Program-made: the position numbers and the translations under genes
In this document: piece after piece, positions 1 to 13,966 of the stretch
How the letters are laid out: every line of letters starts with the position of its first letter
How positions within the stretch are numbered: the stretch's first letter is position 1
Notes under the pieces: generated by a model
The model's database searches: none
Told to the model about the DNA's origin: nothing
The model's input: only the letters and a program-made list of their open reading frames with translations
DNA from: Narcine bancroftii
Taxonomy: Eukaryota
Direction of reading: 5' to 3'
Assembly (NCBI RefSeq): GCF_036971445.1
Contig: NC_091479.1
Coordinates: 95,294,001-95,358,000, forward strand
Length of the DNA stretch: 64,000 nt

Positions 1-244
1 TCACAATCCTGATTTAACAGATTGTGTGCCATGTGGCAAAATAAAATTGGAGTTGATAGCTCAAAGTATATGGATGTCCTGTTAATCTATCTCTTAATTG
101 TGTTCCTCAACTCAATACCTAGTGGTCACAAGCACATCATCAGGGATAGATACATCTGTGATAGATGCTTTGATGAGGATGAAATAAAGATTTCTGATCA
201 TTTGCTTCAAGTCCCATCTGTCACCAACAATCCTCTCTTCTCTC

Positions 245-520
245 GGGGCGGCTCAGTTGGTATAGCAGTTAGTGCATTGCCTTTACAGCGCCAGTGATCG
301 GGACTGGGGGTGAATTCCGCTTTATCTGCAAGGAGTCTGTATGTTCTCCCTGGGTTTGCGTGGGATCTCCCCCCCCAACCCGTCACTACCACTGAAGGCT
401 ATGGCTTCCTCCACTGTTCGGAATGTAACGGAGGTGCAAGTTAATTGGGTGTAAATTGGGCACATAGACTCATGAGCTGAAAGAGCTTGTGACCATGCTG
501 TATGTCTAAATTTAGAACTT
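245..520 (+). mobile_element. tRNA-derived SINE (HE1/V-SINE-like)
   Basis: A/B-box-like head (GGTATAGCAGTTAG...GTGAATTCC), core GTATGTTCTCCC..GCGTGGG, tail GCTGTATGTCTAAA; partial copies at ~12280-12425, ~36830-37015 and ~46235-46310. Confidence 0.6.
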
Positions 521-3208
521 AAAATTTGATCATAGGACTCAAGTGATGTCCGCAGTGATGTTACTAAGCAACATTTGGTGACTGATGTGGGAATCCATTT
601 AGAGGAAGTAATAATGCATTAAAGTTACCAGCTAGTATCTTGAGACCCAGATGGTTTCACAATTTGTTTGCAGAATTTGGATTCTGCAAACCAATGTCAT
701 CTTTAATTGCCCATCGTTAAGTGGCCCTAATCTGAGGCAGCTATTTAAGAGTCAACCTGAAGAAGAGTGATACCTGAAGAAGGGTTCAAACCAAACATTG
801 ACTGCCTTTTGCTTTCCATAGATGCTGCATGACCTGCTGAGTACCTCCTGCACTATTGTGCACTGTGCTAATTCCCCAGCATCTGCCAATATTGTTTACC
901 AACATTACTGGTTGGTGTTCACTATATTCATGGGGAAATTGGGAGTACACACAAGCAGGCTTTTTCCACTGAGTTTTGGTGAAACAAGGACATGGGTGAA
1001 GGGTGAAAGGTGAGATGTTTAGGGGGATTTTGTGCAGAGAGTGGCGAGTGTGGAATGGGCTGCCAGCTGAAGTGGTGAAAGAGGCTTTGATATTGACATT
1101 TAAGATCAAGGGATATGGTCTAGGTTAAGGAAAATGGGATTTGGCAAAAAAAAAGTTTTGCACAGATTAGATGGATGTAGTGTTCTATGGTACGAGACAT
1201 AAAATGTGTTTTGAAAGTCTGACATTGGGCATGTTAATGACCTTGCCTCAATCCTGGGAATCTTTGTCTGGGAGAGAACAGTGAAGTTCGATTACTTGCC
1301 TATTCAAAGATTTAGAAGAACATTGTGGTATTTTGCCAGTGCCTTGAGATGCATACTTTTAATTATCCAGGTGTCAGAAATATACGATGGCAAAATGTCA
1401 GGGTTGAGATAGGGATCTTTAAATGTCCTTTTCTTCAATCAACTAGTTTGCACTGGCACATTGAAGGCAGTGGTAATTTCATAAATGTCTACTTTTGCAT
1501 AGAAATGGTTCTTAATTTACATGCCTCGATTTTAACTCTCACGTCAGAGAACAGTGTTCAGTAAGGGAAGGAAGGTATATAGGATTTTTGTCTTGTGGAA
1601 GTTGAATCCAATGCCCTTCCTCCCATTTGCTCCAGTAGAAAGATCAATTACTTCAACCTCATTATGTGCAATCACAAGCATTAACAGCAGACTGCATCTA
1701 CATTGAGGTTTGGATGTCCTTGGTTCTGAAATATGGCTATTGTTTGTTGTTCAGCATCCAACTTCCACTATACAATTTATTTCATTATAAAAAGAATCAT
1801 AAACCAAATTATTTAAGTTATCAGTGCTGCATCTTTTTTTTTGTTATGAACTGAATTCAAATGACCAGCAATCAAAGGGGGAATGAACTCAGGCAATAGG
1901 TCACTGGTATCCACTCCATGAATGTGTGTAACTTTACAACAGAGCCAAATAATTTTAAAAAATTAAGAAATTCAAAATGGAGCAAAACCTAGAGACACAT
2001 ATTTAGAACAATTATGTAGCCAGAAGAGGAAGTGAAAGATTTTCATCTCAAAAACAGTTCCACAGATCTCACATACATGCTTGTTCAGTAGTTAAGCAAG
2101 AATTAAGATTTTTTAAAAATGGAATGAGTATTGTGATGTTACTTCTGGTGTTTGTTTAGGAACAACAACAAAAATCCCTATGTCGGTATCTGACGAAATG
2201 TTCAATGTTAATGTTCAAGAATTTCCAAGAATACAATAGATGGGTTTCTACACACACTTATTCAAAACGCTGTACTCCATAAGGTGACAAAAGATGGGGC
2301 CAGTCAAGATAGCTCACCAGCTGACCTTGCTGGCAAAGACCCAGACAAATCTCATTGGATGCACTTACTGACCAAAATCTCTCCTCAAATATCGAGTAAA
2401 TCTAGTAAATGGAAATGAACCATCAATCAGAATATCAAGATGCTGGCATGATACTAGCTATCTCATGCAATGGGTCAACTTAACAAGGTTAGAAAGGAAA
2501 ACACAAATCAATAGCTGCTGATCATTTCCTTCACAACAAATGCAAACTAACAAGCCAAAACTATCCAAACTAAATGATGCTGGAAAATACAATTTGAAAG
2601 TGCACAGCATACCCATTTATCATGGATGAGTGTGCCATTTTTAAACTATGCAGACACCAAGTTATTTCCAACAAGGGAAACTTCTTACATCTATGGAGTA
2701 TCTTTGCAGGGCAGGAATGGGTGGGGTGAGGTAAGTTTCTTAAGACATGTCAGACATTTACCATGTAGAAATTTGGAGAAATGCATTGTTTGGTGAATGA
2801 GTAGAAAACTTAAGGCACAAATGTAGAATAAAAGAAAAACCTTAAAGGACAGAGTCCTTTCATTTCTGTTCCAGATAATTTTCCAAGTCAATACCCCAAT
2901 ATAAATCATGAAGAGTAAAATGTTTCATAGCATTCAAGTATTAGAAATACCGTATCCACCCTTAAAAGTTCATGTCAACTTGCACTTGCAATCAATCACT
3001 ACACTTAAAGAAACCAACTGTATCACAAGGATTCAGCTCATCAGAAATGCAACCCAGATTTCTCAGTAACTTGATGACAAACAATGCTATAGTTTCTTGC
3101 AGTATTATTCAAATTAAACAAAAAGGAAATGGTCCTACTCGTTCACAGAACAGATACAGTGTCAAATTTTTAAACTCTTGCTCACCTCTAATCACAACTC
3201 AAACCTAC

Positions 3209-3253
3209 CCTTTCCTTCCGCTCCCAATTCAACTGCACAATACTGATTACCTG
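3209..3253 (-). CDS. MDM2: Possible next MDM2 exon ((A)GNQYCAVELGAEGK)
   Basis: Acceptor tatctag/cag and donor AGG|gtaggt; weak likeness to human SENRCHLEGGSDQK. Size and exit phase differ from human, and CAG|gtaatc could instead be a donor. Confidence 0.3.
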
Positions 3254-3750
3254 CTAGATATTTAAGCAACACAGAGGGCTACTTTCCCACCATTCAGCAT
3301 GCAACATTACAACTGAGGAAGAATGGCTGAGAAATTGACTCAGAGGGGTCAACATCTATCTGCTTATTTCTTTAATGGGCTCCTCTTGGAAACCAATTGT
3401 TATTTGACCAGTGCAAGGGGTGAAGGTGGACCAGGCTCAGCCTATTTTTCAATTTGGAGAAACACAAACATTTATACTTGATAAAAGAATATAAAAAACA
3501 GCAACCGTTACACACTAAATTGTTTTGCTACCAGGTCTCAGCTTGAAATGTACCATCATGCCCTTCATCCTTAAACACTGCCAAAATACGTCTGCTTAAT
3601 GAAGCAATTGCATAATTTTAAAGTGAAATTGCTTATGCAAATTAAAAATCAACAATATGCTTATATGTTACTCTGAAGTCATAAATATCTTAATTTTCCC
3701 CATCACCAAATCTTAAAAAAGTTGCAACAAATGCAAATTAAATTACATAC

Positions 3751-3800
3751 CTTTATGATTTACGGATGTTAAATTTTTGGAGAGCATTGCATACAATATC
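3751..3800 (-). CDS. MDM2: MDM2 coding exon, 50 nt ((R)ILYAMLSKNLTSVNHK)
   Basis: Acceptor ttcttag, donor AAG|gtatgt; phase 2 in, phase 1 out. Aligns with human KIYTMIYRNLVVVNQQ, same 50-nt size. Later exons probably lie left of the window. Confidence 0.92.
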
Positions 3801-5005
3801 CTAAGAATTAGAGAATTAATTTAAGCATAAAAATAAAAACTTTTTCAACACAAATGATAAAATTGGGATTAACCAACCAGTGAACATATTTAACATGAAA
3901 ATTTACAATATGTAACTAAGCAGTAAATATATTAGGTAGCAGTCCTTTGAGCTCTTGCATTTTGCTATTGTTTATTTTCAGAATGGATCATCCACCACAA
4001 ACTACAGGTAGAAAACTCATGATATGGCAAAAGCAATTATATCTTCACTTTTAAAAGGGTATTTAAGGGAAAAGATCAGTTTCAATAAAAAATGTTTTCT
4101 ATCTGGATCTCACTACTAGAGGAGAGGATGCAATTAATTAATCAATCAATCAATCAATCACTGCACTTAAAAGTAATTTAGTCAGATACTTAAAGAGGCA
4201 AAGCCTAGGAGGATATGGACTTTATAAATGCATTTGGGATTAGAGGCGGGTGAAAATAAAGTCAAGAATGTGGTTAGCCAGAGGACTCATTTCTATAAAA
4301 CAAGAAAGTCTGCAGATGCCCTGATGGTAGTTTACACAAAAATGATGGATAAATTCACCAAACCATGCAGCATTCTTTATAAAGATATATAACTAACGTT
4401 TCAGGCCTGAGCCATAGAACATGACAGCACAGAAAATGGCCCCTTCCAGTCTGTAGCGAACTATTTTTCTGCCTAGTGCCACTGATCTACACCAAGCCCA
4501 TAGCCCTCCAAACATATTCCATCCATGTTCCTGTCTTAATTCTTCTTGAAGGTTAAAGTTGAGCCCGCATTCACACTCTGTGTGAAGGAGTTCTCACTCA
4601 TGTTTCCCCCAAAATTTTTCCCCTTTCTCCCTTAACCCACGTCCTCTGGTTTGTATCTCACCTACTCTCAGTAGAAAAAGTCTACCTACATTTACTCTGT
4701 CTATTCCTCTCACAATTTTAAATATTTCTATCCAATCTCCCCTCATTATTCTACATTCCAGGGAATAAAGTCCAACCGGTTTAACCTTTCCATGCAACTT
4801 AGTTCCTGAAGTCCTGGTAACATCTAAATAAATCTTCTCTGCACTCTTTCTAGTTTCTAGACATCTTTCCTGTAGTTAGGTGCCCAAAAATACAGACAAT
4901 ACTCCAAATTTGGCCTCCCTTTACTATAACATGCCAACCCCTATACTCAATACTTTGATTTATGAAGGCCATAATTCCAAAAGCTCTCTTTACAATTCTA
5001 TCTAT

Positions 5006-5687
5006 AGGGTGTTTCAATTATGGCCTCCGCCTGGAGACCGGCTGCGGGGTGGATCAAATATCTGGAACTTACCAATCAGACTGCAGACCAAAAAGGCTGC
5101 TCCAGCATCCCATTCAAAGGAGAGGCGCCTCATAGCACCCTCCACATCCCCGTGGAGGTGGGCTAACTAGTGCTGTAGCACCACCTGTCATCAATACGTG
5201 GCAGAGCAATGGCCGTCTTCCCTACCCATAATCCCCCACGCAGCTGAAACTGCTCTATGGATCTCAGAAAAATTCTAGCTGTGTGGGGGAATTATGGGTA
5301 TATAGGTAAGGAAGACAGCCATTGCTCTAATGTGTTTTGAGCCACAGAGAGCGGCATGTTGTGACTGTCCCAGCCCGCACCCGTTGCCCCGACTGCTCCC
5401 GCTCCCTGCCAGCTCCCCGCTGCCCCTGATGGAGGGAGAGGGGTGAGTGGGGAGATAGGTCATGGGCTGACAGCATCATTAGCCCATCCCCAAACAGCTG
5501 CCTAGTGCAGCTGCCAATTCAGATCGATCGGCAGAGTGCTGCGATGCGGAGATTATCCCTCTCGGAGATGGGTTGGATTATATGGCTTCGAGACCGCCTC
5601 CGCAGATTCAGAGAAGTAGGTCATTATGCATTTTGGCAGAGTTTCTCCGCCTTTACATCCCAACTTTTGGGCTATCTGAAATGGCCT
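5006..5687. mobile_element. Non-autonomous DNA element inserted in CR1 (possibly Harbinger-like)
   Basis: GC-rich block interrupting CR1 continuity, with degenerate inverted termini (AGGGTGTTTCA / TGAAATGGCCT). Confidence 0.4.
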
Positions 5688-6948
5688 TATCAGTGATGCC
5701 ACTTCCAGGGAATTATGCATCTGAATTCCCAGATCCCTCTGTTCGACCACACTCCTCAGTGCCCTACTATTTTCCATGCACGTCCTATCTTGGTTTGTCC
5801 TTCCAAAATGCAACACCTCACACTTGTCTGCATTAAATTCCATCTGCCATTTTTCAGACCATTTATTAAGATTGTCTAGATCCCTCTGCAAGCTTTGAAA
5901 ACCTTCTTCGCTGTCCACACCACCTCCAATCTTAGTATCATCTGCAAACCTGCTGATCCAATTTACATTATCATCCAGATCATTGATTTAGATGACAAAC
6001 AAAAATAGTCACAAGCCTCCAGTCTGAGAAGCAATCATCTACTGATTCTCTCTGGCTTCTCTTGTCCAGCCATTGTCAAAACCAGATTACTACTTCACCA
6101 TGAATCCTGAGCATCTGAACCTTCCTGACTAACCTCCCATGTAGGACCTTGTCAAAGGCCTTAATAAAGTCCATTTAGACAACATGCGCAGCCTTTCCTT
6201 CATCAACTTTCCTGGTAACCTCCTCGAAAAACTATTAGTTAAACATGACCCCCACGCACAAAGCCATGTTGACTATTCCTTATCAGTTCCGGGCTAGCCA
6301 AATACTTGTATATCTGATTTCTTAAAATACCTTCCAATAATTTACCTACTACTGACGTCAGGCTCTCTGGCCTACAATTTCCAGGGTTACTTTTAGAGCC
6401 TTTTTAAACAGCGGAACAATGTGAGCTACCCTCCAATCCTCTGGTACCACACCTGTAGCTAAGGACATTTTAAACATTTCTGCCAGAGCCCCTGCAATTT
6501 CTACATTAGCCTCCCTCAAGGTCCAAGGGAATATCTTAACAAGCCCTGGGGACTTATCCACCCTTATTTGCTTTAAGACAGCAGCACCTCCTCGCCTTTA
6601 CTCTGTATAGGTTCCATTACCTCACTGCTTGTTTTCCTTACTTCCCTCGACTCTGAGCCAGTGAATTCTAATGAAAAAAAAATCAAAATCTCCCCCATCT
6701 CTTTTGGCTCCATACATTGCCGAACACTCAGATCTTCAAGAGGACCAATTGTTAATATACCTTTATTCCTTAAAATCATAATCCTTATGATTTTATTTCA
6801 CATTGTCTGCCAAAGCAACCTCGTCTTTTAGCCTTCCTGATTTCTTTCTTGAGATTTTTCTTGCATTTTTTGTTTAAATACTCCTCAAGTACCCCATTTG
6901 CTCCATTTTGCCTATACCTGCTATATACCTCTCTCTTCTTCTGAACTG

Positions 6949-7796
6949 CAGTACAACTCAGATTATCCAAAATCCTCATTTATCCAAATTTGTTTTGGAC
7001 CCAGAAGTGATGTCTGTTTGTCTCCGAAAAATTATGGATAAATGAGGATATCCAAAATAATCAGAAATCCTCAGTTATCCAAATTTTTTTCAAAGCCGAA
7101 CTGACCTCACAGGCTGAAAAAAACTCACCCAACTTGAAATTAGAACGACGATTGTCCTTGTTTCAGGTACCTCCCTCCCCTTGCTCTTTCCATTTCTTCT
7201 TTACCTACCCCTTTTGACTTTTCTCTCCAAACTGTATCCCAACCACAAGAGGTTGGAAAAATCCTTTTTCCCGGCACCATCAAGGAGAGTGGCTTCCTGG
7301 GCAGGAGCAAGATTTCAGGCTCCCAGGCTGGAGAGTGACCTCAGTGGGGAGATATCGGCAGCAGTTGGAGGGGAAGAGTGTTCAGGGGAAGACTGGGTCT
7401 ATGTCAGGCTTCAACATCAAAAGCCAGGACGTGAAGCTGGAACAGCCCCTGCCAGAACGAACCCACAGGGAGACAGAAGCCTGCTGACTCACCAGTGAAT
7501 GTTCCACTGACCTGGGAAGCAGTGTAGGGACATGTCAGGGATCGGTGGTGGCAATTGGGAGGTCTTGGTGATCAGCAGTGGCATTAGGTCATGTCAGTGA
7601 TCTGTGGCAGCCAGCGCTTTTTTTTGGTGAGAATTAAACATTATTTTAATGCTTTAAAAAATCTTCCCTTGTTGTTTGTTGTTGTTTATACATTGATACA
7701 AATGATTTGCTATTGCTACTGGGCTGTTTTTAAAAATATTCAGTCATCTAAAATAGGTCTCGTCCCAACCATTTCAGATAATCAGGAGTTGTACTA
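6949..7796. mobile_element. Tigger/pogo-like MITE inside CR1
   Basis: Inverted termini CAGTACAACTCAGATTATC / GATAATCAGGAGTTGTACT; related copy at 31265-31672. Confidence 0.7.
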
Positions 7797-10019
7797 TAGA
7801 TCCCCAATATCCCTTGAAAACCAAGGTTACCTATGCCTGCTAACCTTACCTTTAATCTTGCCAGAAACATACAAACTCCATACTCTCAAAATTTCACTTT
7901 GAAGGACTTCCACTTACCTCGCACATCCTTGCTCAAAAACATCCCAAATCCACGCAGTCTAAATTCTTTCTCATTTCCTCAAAATTGGCCATTCTCCAAT
8001 TTAGAATGTCAAACTGTGGCCCAGACTTATCTTTCTCCATAATTAACTTGAAACAAATGGCATTATGATCACTGTACCCAACACATACTCCTGAACCTGT
8101 CCTGTCTCATTCCGTAAAAGGAGATCCAGTATTGCACTCTCTCTCTAGTTGGTACTTCTATATATTGATTTAGAAAACTTTCTGGAACACATATGACAAG
8201 CTTCAACACATCTAGCCCTTTTTAGGGATGAGCGTCCCAGTCAATATGTGGTAAGTTAAAATGTCCTACTATCACAACCTTATGTCTGCTGGATGCTAAC
8301 CTCCCTACATGGGAGGTTAGTCAGGAAGGTTCAGATGCTCAGGATTCATGGTGAAGTAGTAATCTGGTTTTGACAATGGCTGGACAAGAGAAGCCAGAGA
8401 TAGCTGTCTGCTCTCTACAGATTTGCTCCTCCAATTCTTGTTGACTATTGGGTGGTCTAAATTATAACTCCATGAGTGTGGTCATACCTTTCCCATTCTT
8501 CAGCTCCACCCATATAGCCTCAGTAGACAAACCCTCTTGACTGTCCGTCCTGAGCACAGCTGTGATATTTTCCCTGACGAGCAATGCCACTCCTCCCCCT
8601 TTCATTCTCTTCCCCTCATTCTATCGTGTCTGAAGCAATGAAAGTCTGAAATATTCGATGGCAGTCTTGCCCCTCCTGCAACCAAGTTTCATTAATGTCA
8701 CAATGTCATAATTCCAAGAACCAAATCAAGCTCTAAGCTCATCTGCATTTCCCACAATACTCCTTGCATTGAAATTGATGCACCTGACAACATTTCCACA
8801 AAGTATAACCCATTGACTTCCAATGTTACATACAATTTTCATATTATCAGTCCATCCTCCAATCCTCTATCTGTTCTTGGACTCTGGTTCTCATCCCTAT
8901 GCAAATCAAGTTTACCCCCCCTCCCCCAGCGTAGAACTAGCAATCCTTTCTACAATGATATTAGTCCCCCTCCAGTTCAGATGAAAACTGTCCTGTTGGA
9001 ACAGTCCCACCTTCCATGGAAGAGAGCCAAATGATCCAGAATCCTGAAGCCCTCTGTCCTGCACCATGACTTTAGCCACATGTTAAGCTGCATTATCCTT
9101 TTATTTCTAACTTCACTGGCATGTGCCATGGGTAGCAATCCTGAGATCATGACCCTGGATTTACTGTCCTTCAACCTAGCATCCAACTCCCTGAATTCTC
9201 CCTACACGATCTCCTCACTCTTCCTACCCAAGCCATTGGTCCCGAAATGGACCATGACATCTGGCTCCTCACCCTCCTTCTGAGAATGTCATAAACACAA
9301 TCTGAGATATCTCAGACCCTGATACCAGCAACATACCAGCCGAGATTTTCAATCCTTTTCACTGAACCTCTTTATCTGTCCCCCTAACTATAGAATCCCC
9401 CATTACTACAGCTTGCCTCTTCTCCTCCCTTCCCTTTATAGCCACTTGACCAGACTCTGTGCCAGAGACCTAATCGCTATGGCTTATCCCTTGTAGGTAA
9501 CCCCCCTACCACCTAAAATTGTTGTTGAGGGAAATGGCCAAATGGATATCCCGCACTGCCTGCCTGCCTACCTGTCTGTTCCCTTTCCCTCTCCTGTCAC
9601 CAATCTACCCTCCACCTGCTTCTAGGTATGATAGTATCCCTGTAACTCATGTCCATCACCCCTTCTGCCTCCTGAATGAAGTGGAGTTCATCCAACTCCA
9701 ATTCATTAACTCAGTTTGTCAGGAGCTGCAGCTGGTGAAGTCGTTAATGATATTGATGGCTTCCCAGATGACCCACATTTTGCAAGAGGAGCACTCCCTT
9801 GCCTTTGCAGCCATTCCCTATTGATGACTAGATGAAAAAATTATATGACATATAAACCCTGCCCTTACCCGTGCCTACCTGCTTACTGAATCCTCTTTGT
9901 TCCTTGAAATAATGTGGCCTCTTTCTTACTTCAACTCCTGCACCATCACCTCAACCCCTATTCGTCAAAGCCCCTTGAGCCAGACATTCCACTCTGGCTC
10001 AGTCCACTCTGTTGATGAC

Positions 10020-10590
10020 CAGTCCCTTACCCTTCATCAAGGTACGAGCAAAATTCAGACAGGCGCTGAATAAAATGGTGAGGGGAAGGGTAAAAGACAG
10101 GCCCAAAGGCAAGAGGTCCTTGATGGCTATGGAAGGGAGAGCACAAGAGAAAGAAAGCTGCCAAGTGATAGAGGGTGAGGATAGCTCACTGAATGGAGAT
10201 GGAATGGGATGGAGAACTGAAAGAAAGGACAAAGGAATGGGAAGAGAGGGAGACAGGGGAGTGGGCTCATGGAAACCAGAGAAGTTGATGTTAAAGCCAT
10301 CGAGTTGGAGAGTGCTCATATAGAATATTAGGTGTTGCTCCTCCAATTTAAAGATGGTCTTGGTTTGGCAGCGCACAATGCCATGGACAGACATGTCAGT
10401 GAGGGAGCAAGGCACAGAATTGAAATGGTCGGCCATTGGAAAATCCCTGCCATTTTGCTGCAGACAGAGCAAAGGTGCTGAGCGTAGCAATCTCGCAGAC
10501 TGCGTCCAGTCTCTTCAAAAATGTGGACAATGCCACAACAGGAGCACTGAATTCAGTTGACACCTGCATATTCACAAGTGAATCATTTCT
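10020..10590 (-). mobile_element. Penelope-like element 3' fragment
   Basis: ADHFNS...KLEEQHLIF..TLQ.DG.NI.F resembles the GIY-YIG C-terminus of vertebrate PLEs. Confidence 0.65.
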
Positions 10591-11070
10591 GTAGTTGTGA
10601 AACTCAGTGACTCTACGATACCATCACTAAAGATAGAAAATACTGCCAACATCAGTTTAGGTCAAATCTAAGAGAAGAGAAACATAATTTGAAGTTAGTG
10701 ATCCTTTATTCTTAAATCTATATTCAGATAAAGGATTCCCCAACCTGAAACAGTTATTGTGTTTTGGAATCTCAGGCCGTACATTTCTTAAATCTATATT
10801 CAAATACATTGCCTTTTAGTATTGCAGAATTTGAATCATTAATATGTTTTGTTTACCCCCCCCCCAACCCATAAATTCCATTCTTTTGCACAAAATCTAC
10901 CCCTTAACAAATTAAGGAAAATGTTTCAAACCAAATATTTGAGTCCTATTAACCAAAAGAAGAAACATGTTGAGGATTTAATAAACTATTTGAGATGGCA
11001 TTGTCTGTTTCAAGCCTCTCCCTATTTATTTATAGAATTGTTGTTTAACTTCATATTAAAATGTACTTTA

Positions 11071-11208
<138 letters not shown>

Positions 11209-12506
11209 TTAAAAAAAAAAGATAAATTTTCAATCCACAACCTGAACATTGACTCGAAATGGTAAATTACAGTAATAACACTTAGTTACAACAAAAATGT
11301 TTCTACAGGAAAAATAGGGGAAGTCTCCAAAATAACAAAAGCAGCTGAACGAAGGGAATAGTTGTGGGATAAGCCACAGAGAGTTTTGAGGAGGCTGGAC
11401 TGGAAATGACAGAATTTTCTATGTTGGATCTGGATTAAGACCGTCCACTGTTTATCTGGATTATACTGAGCTTTCCATAATAATCACACTATATTGCAAG
11501 AGCCATTTCTCAGCAAAGGAAACAATAATGACCAAATATGCCCCCATCTCTAGTATGGACTTTGGCTAACAAAGAAAAAGGCTTGAAGACCAAGATTTCA
11601 AACCTAGCACCAAGTCTATGCTATACTGAGTTGCAGTAATTCCTGCTCAACTACTTGCTTTGTATACCCAGTACTTCAAAACAAAATTACCATCAGTGCT
11701 ATCACAATAAAAGTCCCCAAAATGATTGGCAAAATATATAAACTTATGTCAACATTCTCTCTCAGGTCTACATATCCAGCACTGAGGCTTGCATTACTGG
11801 TAGTTCTGGGAGATGGACCACACTGTCTACATGTCTGGCAACAAATTCTCAATACACTAATCCAAATCTCGTATAGACTGCAGGAAACTTTTCTGCACAT
11901 CAGAGATAGTTAAAACTACAGATTTAAGGCAAGTGGAAAGAGATTTAGAGTGAACAAGAGGAGAATGTTCTTCATTTTGAAAGTGGCAAATACCTGAAAT
12001 GTATTGCCTTAAGAGAATGGTTGAAGCCAGGCTGTTGACTACGTTTAAAAATTGTCTTGATAAACACTTGTATCACTCAGGTATACACGGCTATGGACCA
12101 AATGCTAAAAAAATTCCATTAATATGCAAGGGCGTGCACTGGTCAGTAGTGGATATTGGGATGAATGGCCTGCTTCCATGCTGTACGATTCAATGCCTCT
12201 AATCAGTAGGAAGTAATATTTAAAAGAATGACAAAGACAAAAAGTTCTGTGAAACAAGGACACACTAACATTAATCTAACACTGCCTGTAAGGGGTTTGT
12301 ATGTTGTCTCCATGTATGCTCTGTTTCCTCCCATCATTCAAAAATGTAAGGGGATTGTAGGTCAAATGGGTGGCACAGATTCTTGGACTGAAAGAGCCTG
12401 TTACTGTGCTGCATGTCAAAATTAAAATAATGGGCTTAACACCTGTTGTAAACAATCACCATAAATTTCCAGTCAACTTATTTTGTTGCACTTACACTTG
12501 CCTGCC

Positions 12507-12549
12507 TGTAATCTCCTCCACTCCCAAATTGGGAGTGGAGGAGATTACA
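12507..12549. repeat. 43-bp palindrome (21-bp arms, 1-nt centre)
   Basis: TGTAATCTCCTCCACTCCCAA-A-TTGGGAGTGGAGGAGATTACA. Confidence 0.95.
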
Positions 12550-13217
12550 CCACCGGATCGGTACACCACCGGATCGGTACACCACCGGATCGGTACACCA
12601 CCGGATCGGTACACCACCGGATCGGTACACCACCGGATCGGTACACCACCGGATCGGTACACCACCGGATCGGTACACCACCGGATCGGTACACCACCGG
12701 ATCGGTACACCACCGGATCGGTACACCACCGGATCGGTACACCACCGGATCGGTACACCACCGGATCGGTACACCACCGGATCGGTACACCACCGGATCG
12801 GTACACCACCGGATCGGTACACCACCGGATCGGTACACCACCGGATCGGTACACCACCGGATCGGTACACCACCGGATCGGTACACCACCGGATCGGTAC
12901 ACCACCGGATCGGTACACCACCGGATCGGTACACCACCGGATCGGTACACCACCGGATCGGTACACCACCGGATCGGTACACCACCGGATCGGTACACCA
13001 CCGGATCGGTACACCACCGGATCGGTACACCACCGGATCGGTACACCACCGGATCGGTACACCACCGGATCGGTACACCACCGGATCGGTACACCACCGG
13101 ATCGGTACACCACCGGATCGGTACACCACCGGATCGGTACACCACCGGATCGGTACACCACCGGATCGGTACACCACCGGATCGGTACACCACCGGATCG
13201 GTACACCACTGGATCTT
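12546..13217. repeat. Perfect 16-bp minisatellite (TACACCACCGGATCGG)x41 plus one degenerate unit
   Basis: Directly visible; no variant units seen. Confidence 0.98.
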
Positions 13218-13697
13218 ACAAATCACACAGGTCCATAATTTCTTTCTGTCCCACTTTCATCACTCTTCTCTCCAGTCTCTTGCATTTAGTTGCAGACTTT
13301 TCTGTTCTTTCCAGTCCTTCTTTTACCCTCATCTCAAAAATATTTGCTAACTTTTCTCGGTTCTTATTAAAGGTCATTGATCTGAAACATTTTCTGTCAA
13401 CCCACATCTGTACAATTCACCAGTAAGAGAGGATCTTGCCTTTTGAGTTAAAAGATCATGAATGTAAACCTGAACATTAGAAGTGTAAAATACCTTTAGC
13501 TTGAGATCACCCAATGAGCCAAAAACAAACCACTGGGGGGGGGGGTCTCAGGAGGTCTGGTAGGACCTTTGTGGTCCTCCAGAATTTTATTTATTGCTCC
13601 AGATTGCAGTTCATGCAGACTCTTGTATCCCAATGAAATTATCTCATTTCGTAATATTACCACTTACAAGATGCATCAACCCATTTATAATACTAAC

Positions 13698-13772
13698 CTC
13701 CTTTACTGTAAATGTTTCATTCTGGGCACCTGCAAACCTCAACACCTTAAGCAAAAGTGGCTTGGGTATCAC
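13698..13772 (-). CDS. MDM2: MDM2 coding exon, 75 nt (VIPKPLLLKVLRFAGAQNETFTVKE)
   Basis: Acceptor ctttttag, donor GAG|gttagt. Aligns with human MDM2 [25 protein letters not shown] with the same 75-nt size. Confidence 0.95.
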
Positions 13773-13888
13773 CTAAAAAGTTTGCAGTAAAGACAACATA
13801 ATCTTGGTCAGTAAGCAAATAAATAAATGGTGAAACATTTTACCAAGCTTTGTTTTTGTCCAACATTTACAAAACCATAGGAAAATAC

Positions 13889-13966
13889 CTGACTTTCGTG
13901 TTCTGAAGGGAGCATTTGATCTTCTTGTGAAGTGCCAAAACAGAAAGTTGACCCGTCTGTCGCCAT
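13889..13966 (-). CDS. MDM2: MDM2 E3 ubiquitin ligase, first main coding exon (MATDGSTFCFGTSQEDQMLPSEHESQ)
   Basis: ATG at 13966, 26 codons, phase-0 donor CAG|GTATTT; splices in frame to the next exon. Length is close to the human first coding exon. The upstream acceptor is ambiguous (AG ending at 13969, 13982 or 14007). Confidence 0.85.

Larger units (their letters stand above)
4415..9990 (-). mobile_element. Near full-length decayed CR1 LINE in MDM2 intron, with nested insertions
   Basis: ORF2 fragments (LQRDLD..WQMEFNADKCEVLHFG; KSPG..VPEDWRVA), ORF1 esterase-like fragment (RVMISGLLP..LKSWC..EGF), CR1 3' UTR near 4420-4600. Confidence 0.88.

Noticed and set aside
245-320. tRNA gene
   Set aside because: Degenerate SINE head that continues into SINE core and tail.
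12370-13350. Long ORFs (210-326 aa) on both strands
   Set aside because: Read-through of a stop-free 16-bp minisatellite.
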